Origin: a virus
Length of the DNA: 64,000 bases
IMG/VR virus record: IMGVR_UViG_3300036985_003683
Location: 23,019 to 87,018 of that record
Strand: one strand, 5' to 3'
The notes under the pieces are model-generated. The model did not search any database. It was not told the origin of the DNA and worked only from the letters and a program-made list of their open reading frames with translations. The translations under genes and the position numbers were made by a program. Below are positions 45,772 through 55,125 of this stretch, in pieces. Position 1 is the stretch's first letter, and the number at the start of each line of letters is the position of its first letter.

Positions 45772-47122
45772 ACGGATCAGCAGCTCCGTTCATCTCAAAG
45801 GCTCTTTGTCGCATAACACATGGACCACATTTACCACAGGGACTACCGTCGGGTAGTGCTTGGTAGCAGGACCAAGTCAACTCATACGGGCACCTCAACC
45901 TCAGTCCCATGGCTACAATCTCGTGTTTAACCATGTTACCACACGGATTGGAAAACGTCAGACGATGGTAGGGCTTCACAGCGTAGGGCGCTAGGGCGTT
46001 CCAGCGATTGATGAACTCGTACTCATTGTCGGGAAAGGCTCCAGCCTCTTCCATGTTGTTCCCCAGAGCAACTACCTGGAAGTTGTGTGCCTCCGCATAT
46101 GCAGTAGCTAGTGCCAACATGACAGTGTTACGAGCTGGTACCCACTCACTAGCGAATTCTGCCCCTTGGTCACCCTGTTTGACAATTTCTCGATTCGACT
46201 CTGTGAGAGAGGAAGGTGCCGCCTGTGTGAAGAAGTCCGTCTTGACCCAGTGCACCTTGCACCCAATAGCTGCAGCGAGTTTCTTCACACACTCTACCTC
46301 GGGTCCCTCAGCCTTACATCCATACAGGATGTGGAAGAGTTCTACGTGATCTCCATCCTTGTGATGCTTCCACGCTACAGTCGAAGAGTCCAATCCACCC
46401 GAACACACAACCAGTGTACGAGTCTTCCCCGACGTCTGAGGGAGAAGGTTCTCGTCTACAACTATGCCCTTCCTCCCCAGGAAGCCCATAGTGTATGGAG
46501 GTACCTCAACTGGACTTGGATTCAGTAGGGGGTTGTCAGTGACCAGGTAGTCACGCTGAGAAGACATCAGGATCAGACGTCCGTCGTGATATCCACAGTA
46601 GTACAGTGGCTTGTAGTTAGTAGCGTAGTACACTCGGTGTGTCACGTGTACATTGATCGCCACTATCGCAAAGCTGCCCTTCAGCTTCTTGATAGCTTCA
46701 CCAAACCCCCAACGTTCGATTGCAGCACCTATGACCCAAGAGTCAATCGGAGTGGGTGGATTGGAGATCCCCATCTCCACGAGTAGTTCCTTGTCGTTGG
46801 CGATGGTTCCGTTGTGGGATATGAACCATGTTCCTGAGGGACTCTTGAAAGGTTGGCGATGCTCTTCGCTCTTGTTCAAGACCCACTCAGTGGTAGGTTC
46901 TCCACGACAATTACCCACCGCGACGAAGTTAGCAGTGATTGGCAGGCTGTTAACTGATACTGGACCCACTCCCGACGCATGTGCTGCCCCTCCCTCTGAA
47001 TTGGAATGAGCGAGTCCCCAAGAGTCATGACCCCTCGCGGTCGTTCTCTGGAACACTTCCAACATCCTATAGTGAAAGGATGGTTCGGCGTCTGTGGCTA
47101 ATACTCCAAATACTCCGCACAT
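45755..47122 (-). CDS. queC: Gat-QueC fusion (class II glutamine amidotransferase plus preQ0 synthase)
   Basis: N-terminal MCG, RGHDSWG, HNGTIAN; SGGLDS, VPARN, TWSCY, CGKCGPC. Confidence 0.93.
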   Translation of the reverse strand: MCGVFGVLATDAEPSFHYRMLEVFQRTTARGHDSWGLAHSNSEGGAAHASGVGPVSVNSLPITANFVAVGNCRGEPTTEWVLNKSEEHRQPFKSPSGTWFISHNGTIANDKELLVEMGISNPPTPIDSWVIGAAIERWGFGEAIKKLKGSFAIVAINVHVTHRVYYATNYKPLYYCGYHDGRLILMSSQRDYLVTDNPLLNPSPVEVPPYTMGFLGRKGIVVDENLLPQTSGKTRTLVVCSGGLDSSTVAWKHHKDGDHVELFHILYGCKAEGPEVECVKKLAAAIGCKVHWVKTDFFTQAAPSSLTESNREIVKQGDQGAEFASEWVPARNTVMLALATAYAEAHNFQVVALGNNMEEAGAFPDNEYEFINRWNALAPYAVKPYHRLTFSNPCGNMVKHEIVAMGLRLRCPYELTWSCYQALPDGSPCGKCGPCVMRQRAFEMNGAADPYEYST

Positions 47123-47123
47123 A

Positions 47124-48677
47124 TTAGGCCTTCGGGGTACATTCGATTAAAGCAAAGTCTTCAAGAAATTCTACGGCAACGCACCACGCTTCCTCCAGGC
47201 ATTTCAAAAATTCCTGAACCTCAGTCGGGTGTGACTCCCACACATGATCCACATTCGGGATAGTCTGAGCGCTGATGGGCAGTGTGATGATCAAGGTAGA
47301 GGCCGCGCAGCGGGCGAGGTCTACCAGGAGGCGTTGAGCAGCCTTGCGAGGGACGTGTTCTAGACAATCGGCACAGACTACAGCGTCAAACGCCTTGTCA
47401 GCGAAAGGTAGTCCGTACGTAGCGTCCAAGACGTAGAATTGCCCCAGAGGATGAGATCTTTTAGCCTCATCAATACGTACTCTGTCCAAATCTGCCCCAG
47501 TGTATTTACCTATAAATGGGGTGGGGTTGTTGTTGCTGAGGAAGTTTACTAACCCCCCTGTCGCACAGCCTACATCTAGGACGCTTTCTCCTCGTGCGCA
47601 AACTCGTGCTGCGATCCACGACATCCGCTGTTGCTGACGTGCGTCTTCCCAGTGTATGGGTCCGAGATTGATGTCGCCGAGAGTGTTGTAAGTTATGTTG
47701 ATGGGAAACTTCAACGTCTGGGTGTGGATGAAGCGTGAATTCTTCAACATAGTGACTGCGCGGTCTTGCTTGACTTGATAACGCTTCTGCACTTCGTCGA
47801 AACTGTCTCCACCCCAATACTGTTGGAATCGCTTGAGAGCACTCTCACTCCACAACCTGTGAGGCTCCAATTGTTCCAACGTTAGAAGTGGCAACTCGCT
47901 AGTGGCAACTCCTCGTGCGTGGAGTACTGGTGGTGAAGGTACCTGCACGCACACGTATCCAGCGTCCCAACATTTCCACCCCAACATGGCCTCATAGTTG
48001 CCTAGGTAGAGACAGTTGGTGAATCCCTTCACTTCCAAAAACGCCTCAGCTGATATGGTGAAGCATGGCCCCATTCCACCCTGTAGGGGTATGGGGTGTG
48101 TCAGCTCATATTTACCAGACTCATTGATGGGACCCATTGGCTCGTATGATGTCAACTGCACCTTGCCGTTCGCACGCGCTTCATCATAGAGAGCCTCGTT
48201 AAAAGTGAGGTGCTCTCTCAGGAGGGTTCCATCCCCCTTATAGTCGTAGAAGAGGTAGTCAGCGGCAATGATACCATTCATTGCCATCTCCCAGGCTTCG
48301 ATCATGGTACCAGATACCATGCCCACCTTGAGAGCCTCGTTCCACTCATAATAATGTGCTATGGGAGTGAGCCACCCCTTACTCACAATACAATCGTCTG
48401 AGAGAAAAACGATGTGAGTAAAGTCATCCATGCAGGCGCTCACTCCCAATTCATGTAGGTTTCCGGACGCAGCTAGCCACTCGGATCCCCTTGTAAAAGT
48501 ACCATAGCCCCTGGTCGCGTATTCTGCCCTGGCTACGAACTCCATATTGGGAGTACCGTCATCCCGGACGAAGATCGCGTACTCCACCCCGTGAGTGTGC
48601 TCCTTAATGGAAGCTAGAAGACGGGACAGTCTACTGGCGCTGTCACCGAATACGGGAATACAAATAGCGAATCTCAT
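47124..48677 (-). CDS. GT2 glycosyltransferase fused to a SAM methyltransferase
   Basis: ICIPVFG, RDDG, LSDD; C-terminal VLDVGCATG, LPFADKAFD, CLEHV. Confidence 0.85.
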   Translation of the reverse strand: MRFAICIPVFGDSASRLSRLLASIKEHTHGVEYAIFVRDDGTPNMEFVARAEYATRGYGTFTRGSEWLAASGNLHELGVSACMDDFTHIVFLSDDCIVSKGWLTPIAHYYEWNEALKVGMVSGTMIEAWEMAMNGIIAADYLFYDYKGDGTLLREHLTFNEALYDEARANGKVQLTSYEPMGPINESGKYELTHPIPLQGGMGPCFTISAEAFLEVKGFTNCLYLGNYEAMLGWKCWDAGYVCVQVPSPPVLHARGVATSELPLLTLEQLEPHRLWSESALKRFQQYWGGDSFDEVQKRYQVKQDRAVTMLKNSRFIHTQTLKFPINITYNTLGDINLGPIHWEDARQQQRMSWIAARVCARGESVLDVGCATGGLVNFLSNNNPTPFIGKYTGADLDRVRIDEAKRSHPLGQFYVLDATYGLPFADKAFDAVVCADCLEHVPRKAAQRLLVDLARCAASTLIITLPISAQTIPNVDHVWESHPTEVQEFLKCLEEAWCVAVEFLEDFALIECTPKA

Positions 48678-48679
48678 CT

Positions 48680-48751
48680 TTTAACCTTAGATAACACCAT
48701 TAAATGCAATAGAGTGACTACCCAGCGGCAACAATTGTACGCTACGTAGCC
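48680..48751 (-). repeat. Dispersed intergenic dyad element, copy C
   Basis: Ungapped 51/72 match to 28840-28911, including the GCTACGTAGC palindrome and TTTAA(C/T)-N13-GTTAAA. Confidence 0.7.
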
Positions 48752-50001
48752 CCAATAATCTCAAATTCTGGGAGAGGGAAGACCAACTTGCCGCCGTTCT
48801 CCAAGTAATCGCGCTCTCGCGTTACAAACTCGTCACGGAAGTGCCAGGGTAGAACTAGCATGTAATCTGGATTGTCCTTACGCGCTTGTTCCTCACTGAT
48901 GATCTTGATACCAGTCCCCACCATCTTCCTCCCCACCTTAGATGGGTTACGCTCTACTGCTCGAGAGATGAGTGGAAAGCCTACCTGGGCCCACTGTAGC
49001 AGTATGGATCCCTTAGTAGATGCTCCGTAAGCGTATACAGGCTTACCAGCTTCGAGACACTCGTTCAGAAACACGCGTAAACGTTCCCGAATGGCATAGC
49101 CCCTTGAAGCGAACTCCTTGTAGATATCCACTTCATCGAGACCTAGGTATTCTTCATACGCGCGTAGTCCCTCCAGGTATGCTCTGGAGAAAATGTCGAA
49201 CTTAACTACAGGAGCCTTCTTGATCACACACAGGAGTGTCCCTGCGTTGCTGGATCCCATCTCCACATGCGTGATCTCGAGGCCCGCCCGTCCCAGCATC
49301 CTCTCAAACGACATGAGAGAAAGATGTGTGAGGTGTTCGTGTCCGATGGAGTCAAACGCGTTGTTCTTCATCATAGAGGGGAGGTACGTGAACTCGCACA
49401 CAAACACGCCATCGTCAGCTAAACACTCCGCCACGTCCTGTAGGAACTTGATGGGGTATGGCATGTGGTACACCACAGCGCATGCTGTGATGATCTTCGC
49501 GGGTCGCTGTACGTACGTGTGATAGTGTTCAGCGTCGAAGCAACAAGCGAAATGTTCACTCACTCCCCTTCGAGCCTCATCTTGCAGATTGAGAGCGGGA
49601 TCGTACCCCACAGTAACTACGTGCTGATGCCCCAACGCTGGATACTGGCGGAGTAACGTACCATCGTTACTCGCAATATCCAACACCACATCGTGAGGGG
49701 AAACTCCACCGGCATGCTTAACTGCCAGGTTGGCTACGTATTTGAGATGTTCGCACATTGTGGAATTGATACCAGAGACGTACCAATACTTGGAGTACAG
49801 CGAACTCCTATCCACAGTTTGAAGGTTCTGCAGTAGTTTGGAATCAGCGTTCCACACTACCGTAATAGGTGCCTTGGGAAAGTCTACGTCCGACTCATCT
49901 GGATCTGGATAATCATTGAGAAAGATGTCCCCCAAATCCATAATGGGGATCAGTTCTCCCTCACCACCAGCACGGTCACTTCGAATGACATCACATCGCA
50001 T
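48742..50001 (-). CDS. NDP-hexose C-methyltransferase
   Basis: DLG, YWYVSG, DIASNDGTLL, FDSIGHEH, YGASTKG, LVLPWHF, FPLP. Confidence 0.88.
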   Translation of the reverse strand: MRCDVIRSDRAGGEGELIPIMDLGDIFLNDYPDPDESDVDFPKAPITVVWNADSKLLQNLQTVDRSSLYSKYWYVSGINSTMCEHLKYVANLAVKHAGGVSPHDVVLDIASNDGTLLRQYPALGHQHVVTVGYDPALNLQDEARRGVSEHFACCFDAEHYHTYVQRPAKIITACAVVYHMPYPIKFLQDVAECLADDGVFVCEFTYLPSMMKNNAFDSIGHEHLTHLSLMSFERMLGRAGLEITHVEMGSSNAGTLLCVIKKAPVVKFDIFSRAYLEGLRAYEEYLGLDEVDIYKEFASRGYAIRERLRVFLNECLEAGKPVYAYGASTKGSILLQWAQVGFPLISRAVERNPSKVGRKMVGTGIKIISEEQARKDNPDYMLVLPWHFRDEFVTRERDYLENGGKLVFPLPEFEIIGAT

Positions 50002-50962
50002 GGGAATTCCTCAACCTGTTCAACCAGAAATCGTACACCTTACGAGCAGCTTCGAAAGGCGTGTGAAGGGGTTTCCACTTTGTAGCTGTTTCGAACTTGT
50101 CACCCAATCCCGCCTGGAGAGTTATGTCCCCTGGTGTGGGGGTACTCTTTATCTCGAATGACACTTCCGCATAGAGGGATAGGTCACTGATAACTGCCCT
50201 CAGGGAGACTGCGTCATTGCCAGTTATGTTGAAGATAGTGTCTTCGAAGTTGTCACCACGTGGGACATCTGGTAGGCGACTGTAAGCTACCACTACGTCA
50301 TCGATGTCCAAGAGTGTCCGGAAATTGTCTATGTTCCTACACTTCAACACCGTGTCTTGTACGCCCAACTTCATACGTGCGATTTGCCATGCGAATTGTG
50401 AGATGGCAGCGTCAGTGTATTGACGCTCTCCAGTGGTGGTGAACAGTCTAGTAACTGGTACTCTCATACCCTTGTTCCAGTAGATCCTGCCCACTCCTTC
50501 CATCGCCGTCTTGGAAACAGCATAAGGGTTGTTACCCCTCAACTCGTGAGTTTCACTGATCTGTGGTACAGACGTGGGGCCATAGACGTCTGAGCTGGAA
50601 GCCAGGTGTACCCCAGGGACCTCAAACTGATGTGCAGCGGCCAGGACGTTATGGGAACCGATCACGTTGATGTTATAGGTCGATGCTGGATTGGCAATTG
50701 AGTGACCTATGTGTGCCTGTGCAGCGAGGTGGAAAACGAACTGGGGCTCAATCCAACCCATATGTGCGAAGACTGAGTTACCGTCAGTGATATCCACTTC
50801 ACCCAGGCGCAGTTCCTTGAAGATGCTCTCTCCCAGAGTTTCTCGCACTTCATCACTGGATCTGTGGAATCCCCACCCATGTACCTCATGTCCCAATTCT
50901 ACCAAACACTGTGCGAGGTGCTTCCCCACAAAACCCGTAATACCTGTGACAAGAACCTTCAC
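49991..50962 (-). CDS. GDP-mannose 4,6-dehydratase / GDP-6-deoxyhexose reductase-like SDR
   Basis: TGITGFVG, FHLAAQ, ASSSDVYG, NPYAVSK. Confidence 0.85.
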   Translation of the reverse strand: MKVLVTGITGFVGKHLAQCLVELGHEVHGWGFHRSSDEVRETLGESIFKELRLGEVDITDGNSVFAHMGWIEPQFVFHLAAQAHIGHSIANPASTYNINVIGSHNVLAAAHQFEVPGVHLASSSDVYGPTSVPQISETHELRGNNPYAVSKTAMEGVGRIYWNKGMRVPVTRLFTTTGERQYTDAAISQFAWQIARMKLGVQDTVLKCRNIDNFRTLLDIDDVVVAYSRLPDVPRGDNFEDTIFNITGNDAVSLRAVISDLSLYAEVSFEIKSTPTPGDITLQAGLGDKFETATKWKPLHTPFEAARKVYDFWLNRLRNSHAM

Positions 50963-51906
50963 GAAACTTCCTCCAAAGTGTCTAACAACTCCAAAACGTT
51001 AGTACGCGTGACCCCCTGATGAGTGCCCTGCATGGTGACACTACAAGCACCCACAGCATTACCCAGACTAGCCGCTGTGACTACTCTGAGGGGAGTAGGT
51101 AGACTCTTGACAAGGCTGCTACACAGGCCCATAGCTATTCCTGCCACTGTGGCGTCTCCAGCTCCCACAGCATCCACACACTTAACAGGCCAACCTGGGA
51201 TAGTGATACGTTGATTGTCTATCCAGACTTGCACTCCCTTACCACCCAACGTAACTATGAGGGGTGCAACGTCTGCCCAGGTGTCTAGTGAACTCACTTC
51301 AGCTACGTTGGGCTTTATCACATTGCACTGTACGTATTTGAGGGGCTCATCGCCCTTAGGGTCTACGAGTACTTCCCCCAACTCACACAGAGTAGCTACC
51401 ACCTTGGGAGAGATCACTCCCTTCAAGTAGTCTGATATGATCCAGTAGTCTATGGAGGGGGCGTGGTGTTTCAGCAGTTTGAGGAAACGTCTGCGGACCC
51501 CTCGTAAGAGGGGCTCGCGCGATTCACGATCAAAACGCGTATACGAGTCATTGTACAACACTCGAGTCTTGACAGTAGTCCTCCGTGTCGAATCCTCCAG
51601 CAACCTAGTGTGTACCCTCTTCTCCCTACAGGATGCCTGCAGAGCCCTACCGTAGTGATCGCGTCCCACTACGCCGAAAAGGTACGCATTAGCTCCTAGG
51701 GAGGCCAGGTGGTTAGCCACATTAGCTGCACCTCCCGCTGAGACTTCTTCCCTAGTCACATCACATATATCCATGGGGGTACCAAATTCCATAGTGGACC
51801 GGTACTTCTCTCCATGGAACCACTCATCCAACATAACGTCTCCCACGACACCAATGTTAGGTGTGCCAAGGGAGTTCACTATGTCCTTCAGTGTGTGAGT
51901 CAGCAT
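50959..51906 (-). CDS. HldE domain-I-like (heptose-7-P) PfkB kinase
   Basis: VGDVMLD, GGAANVA, TTVKTRV, SDYLKG, VDPKG, KPN..E, DAVGAGD. Confidence 0.85.
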   Translation of the reverse strand: MLTHTLKDIVNSLGTPNIGVVGDVMLDEWFHGEKYRSTMEFGTPMDICDVTREEVSAGGAANVANHLASLGANAYLFGVVGRDHYGRALQASCREKRVHTRLLEDSTRRTTVKTRVLYNDSYTRFDRESREPLLRGVRRRFLKLLKHHAPSIDYWIISDYLKGVISPKVVATLCELGEVLVDPKGDEPLKYVQCNVIKPNVAEVSSLDTWADVAPLIVTLGGKGVQVWIDNQRITIPGWPVKCVDAVGAGDATVAGIAMGLCSSLVKSLPTPLRVVTAASLGNAVGACSVTMQGTHQGVTRTNVLELLDTLEEVS

Positions 51907-52994
51907 ATACGCTCCACTGAATCAGACTTCCTGAAGTCGCCAACACTCCCAGATTTCTGTACCTTCTCGAGGTTGGGGAGGTCCACCCGAGGGTCAGTGA
52001 AGTAGAAGAGGGAACTGCTCCCTGATGAGAGTGCTCGTGCCTTATCCACGTATAGATCCCTCTTCACGAAGGTCTGGTAGTGTGTCATCACCACCTTAGC
52101 CACCTCCTCGGGAGGGACACTAGCTAGGCACCACGGATGACCCTGTGGTTCACGTCGGCACCAATGCTTTCGTAGGGATATTCCAAAACACGGGAAAGTG
52201 TGTTCGCACTCTTTTCCCTGAACGTGAGTATTCCACACGTACGTAGACAGCGGGTAGTGTTTGAGATACAGACGTGGGTCAGTGGGTCCAAACAGCCCCA
52301 CAGAGGGAGTCTTGACAGCTGCGGATAAGTGTTGCAAACTACTATCTGGACCAACAACAACTCCAGCGAGTTGCAATAGGATGGCCAATTCGCGTAATGG
52401 CCAATTGATCGCTGCAAATGTTCCCATGGTAGGTATCTCTCCGTGGTGCACCACTACTACGGGAATACTCCGCTGGAGTTCTGTCACTAGGGCAGCTGTG
52501 TGAGCGTAGTCCTTCTTGGACTCTGCTGATTGGTACTGCACCACACAGAACTTGAAGGGAGATAGACCTGCTGAGGCTAGCCAACCTATCACAGTTTCGC
52601 GTTCTCGTGACGTGGAGTGCCAACGTGGACTCATGTCGGTAGGCATGAAGTCCACGTACTTACACCAAGTCTCGATTCTACTCTCAGTCAGTGCGTAATC
52701 CGTCTCCAACTGATGAGCCATCTCGGGGCCATCCAATTTGAGATGGATGTCGTTATCTCGTTCGAGATATCCGATCATCTCGTCCCACGGATCTGGCCAC
52801 AGGACCTCATCCGCAGCTGCATCTGGGAACTTACTACGTGTTTGGTCGTAGAGCAGCGTGAAGTAGGGATCATCCGTAGCCCATGTGATATGTGCATCCG
52901 GATACCGATGACGTACAGCTCTTACTGCAACTTCGCAGCAGATCTGATCGCCCAAACCACCCCTATGACGCGAGACGAGAATTCGGCGTTGCAT
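51900..52994 (-). CDS. GT9 heptosyltransferase-like
   Basis: GGLGDQI, VVGPDSSLQHLSAA, GLFGPTDP. Confidence 0.85.
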   Translation of the reverse strand: MQRRILVSRHRGGLGDQICCEVAVRAVRHRYPDAHITWATDDPYFTLLYDQTRSKFPDAAADEVLWPDPWDEMIGYLERDNDIHLKLDGPEMAHQLETDYALTESRIETWCKYVDFMPTDMSPRWHSTSRERETVIGWLASAGLSPFKFCVVQYQSAESKKDYAHTAALVTELQRSIPVVVVHHGEIPTMGTFAAINWPLRELAILLQLAGVVVGPDSSLQHLSAAVKTPSVGLFGPTDPRLYLKHYPLSTYVWNTHVQGKECEHTFPCFGISLRKHWCRREPQGHPWCLASVPPEEVAKVVMTHYQTFVKRDLYVDKARALSSGSSSLFYFTDPRVDLPNLEKVQKSGSVGDFRKSDSVERIC

Positions 52995-53002
52995 GGTAGG
53001 GC

Positions 53003-53503
53003 CTACTTAGCGCTGACGGCGTTGTGTTCCCCGTCGGTGTCTGGAAACACCAATGCGGGCTGTGACTTGCCTCGGAGTAGTACCATTTCGGCATTGACTG
53101 GGCAAGAATACGCTTCACCTTCCATGAATAGTGGTCGGGAAGGATCAAAGCCCAAACACGTTGGGTGTGTAGCGATCTGACGTGTAGGCCTTCGGAGTGC
53201 CTCCATGAGGAGTTCTCCCAATTCCTTGTTGACCTGCTTCATGGTAGGATTGCCCGTAGCTGGGTCAATCTTCACACCCGATCGTGAAATGGCAGTGGCG
53301 AGACGTTCAATAGCGTCTCCCAATGGAATGCTGTCCGTGAGAGCGATGCCCGAGCACGTAATCTTGTTCAGATAGAAGTGAAGGGACTGTTGCTGTTCAG
53401 GCTCAACAGCGGGAGTAGGCGAAGGCGTTGTGGCAGTCATAAAGGGCGAAACTCCAAAAAGACGTAGAGAACCAAGAAAGATGATCGGTGACCTAATGAC
53501 CAC
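53003..53503 (-). CDS. Hypothetical protein
   Basis: Follows the capsid gene; likely start MTATTPS (about 53440) after GGAG. Confidence 0.5.
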   Translation of the reverse strand: MVIRSPIIFLGSLRLFGVSPFMTATTPSPTPAVEPEQQQSLHFYLNKITCSGIALTDSIPLGDAIERLATAISRSGVKIDPATGNPTMKQVNKELGELLMEALRRPTRQIATHPTCLGFDPSRPLFMEGEAYSCPVNAEMVLLRGKSQPALVFPDTDGEHNAVSAK

Positions 53504-53511
53504 CGATCATC
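53480..53511 (-). terminator. Hairpin after the major capsid gene
   Basis: GATGATCGGTG/CACCGATCATC stem followed by TTTCTT on minus. Confidence 0.55.
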
Positions 53512-53548
53512 GTTCTCACAAGAGATTATACCGCTGTCTCAAAAAAGA

Positions 53549-54559
53549 TTACGGTGTGACGTCTGCGTAAATGACTGCGCCTGGGATAGGCATCACTGGC
53601 AAACGTGCGTTCTTGTAGTACAGTGTCACACCCGTTGGGCTGTCCTGTACTCGGCTCCACATCACTGGTCCCTGAAGGTCCATAACGTCCGAGCGATCGG
53701 AGTTTGGAACTACAACAGTACCACGCTGCATACGAATCCATTCAGGACTGAAGTCCGGAAGGATGAACAGCTTGTCGTTTCCGATAAACGGAGTGTCGAA
53801 GCGTTCAGTAGCACCTTCCTGTGCGTAGTGATGATCCAGAACAATCCAGTTCAGGCCGTGGAAGCGTGAGAGGTTGCCCGTCTCAGCAATCTGAATACCT
53901 ACAGCTGTCTGACCGATCAGATTCTGGATGTAGGTGTTGCGGATCAGGTAGTTCATCACGCCCTGATTACAAACTGCCCACTTAGGCTCCATGCCCGTAT
54001 CCTTGCGGATAATGCGCTTCCATTCAGTCAAGTCATCCAACACATTCGTACTGGTCGTCGCCCATGAGACTGACGCGGTTGGCTTGTGACTTGCAGGAAT
54101 ACCGTAATCGATCACAACGGCCTGACCGTTGATCTTGATCGAAAGCGAACCTGTAAGAGCCATCGCCACCAGGTACTCGTCCAGATACGCACCGAAGCGT
54201 CTCTGAATGGATGCCTGTTCGCGAACGATATACTCGCGCCCTGCAACGGCTCGGCGGGTTCCACCCACTTGACGCAGCTGAGCAAGGATTCCCGGATCAA
54301 GCGAACTGAACTTGAACGTGACAGGCATCTTCTGCGAACGGGTCCCGTATGTCCCCATCCGAACAGGCTGAGCCTCTCCAGAATTCGTCGTGAAGTCAGT
54401 ATCGATTTCGATGGCTGGCTTCTCAATATCCCACTGTGCGATGTTGCCCTCGATTGGCTCATCAGTGACCTGATTGGCAAACCAGAAATTCGGAAATCGA
54501 ATGGTTTGAACAGTTCGAGTCAGTTGCTGATAACCGAGGACCGATTGCAAATCGGCCAT
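53549..54559 (-). CDS. Major capsid protein (lambda gpE-like family)
   Basis: EYLVAMALTG, IDYGIPASHK..W, VLDDL..W, RLPVM pattern; follows the decoration and protease genes. Confidence 0.85.
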   Translation of the reverse strand: MADLQSVLGYQQLTRTVQTIRFPNFWFANQVTDEPIEGNIAQWDIEKPAIEIDTDFTTNSGEAQPVRMGTYGTRSQKMPVTFKFSSLDPGILAQLRQVGGTRRAVAGREYIVREQASIQRRFGAYLDEYLVAMALTGSLSIKINGQAVVIDYGIPASHKPTASVSWATTSTNVLDDLTEWKRIIRKDTGMEPKWAVCNQGVMNYLIRNTYIQNLIGQTAVGIQIAETGNLSRFHGLNWIVLDHHYAQEGATERFDTPFIGNDKLFILPDFSPEWIRMQRGTVVVPNSDRSDVMDLQGPVMWSRVQDSPTGVTLYYKNARLPVMPIPGAVIYADVTP

Positions 54560-54641
54560 TATTGTTTGCTCCTGGTAAAGTCTGAGAAAGGAACCTGAAA
54601 AGCGGATTAACTGACAGACCCCACAATAGGATCGATACTAA

Positions 54642-55046
54642 TCAATCCCAGATGAAGAAACACCCATTGGCGCCCAGTGAGGCGTCAGTTTTAGCCTGCG
54701 CTGTGACCCCTACCGTGTTGGTTTCCTTAACACGGCCGAAGACAACCATCTGAGCTGCACAATCCTGTGCAACTCCATTGTCGTCGCGTAGGTCCACTTC
54801 GTTGTCCAGAAAGCCTCTGAACACGTTAGTACCAGCTGGAGAGTTAGCGACTCCAAACGCTGAATACTTGCCGGAAGCTGTTACCTTGCCAAGTGCAAGT
54901 CCCTTTCGGAGTGTCGACTGCTGATCGGTCGCGGCACTGCTCAAGATCACCGTCTTCTTCATGACGTGACCCGCCTCTCGGCTGTGCAGATACTCGCGAC
55001 CGGATGTCAGGTACTCCTGAGATGGTCCGATCGAAACGTTAGCCAT
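54642..55046 (-). CDS. Head decoration protein (gpD-like)
   Basis: LRKGLALGKVTASGKY motif; immediately upstream of the capsid gene. Confidence 0.75.
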   Translation of the reverse strand: MANVSIGPSQEYLTSGREYLHSREAGHVMKKTVILSSAATDQQSTLRKGLALGKVTASGKYSAFGVANSPAGTNVFRGFLDNEVDLRDDNGVAQDCAAQMVVFGRVKETNTVGVTAQAKTDASLGANGCFFIWD

Positions 55047-55125
55047 TCCCCTTAAACTCCTTGAACAAATTTCGGATAGTTACCACTGATGCCGAATGTG
55101 CGCGGCCTGCGAGTGGACTCACAGA

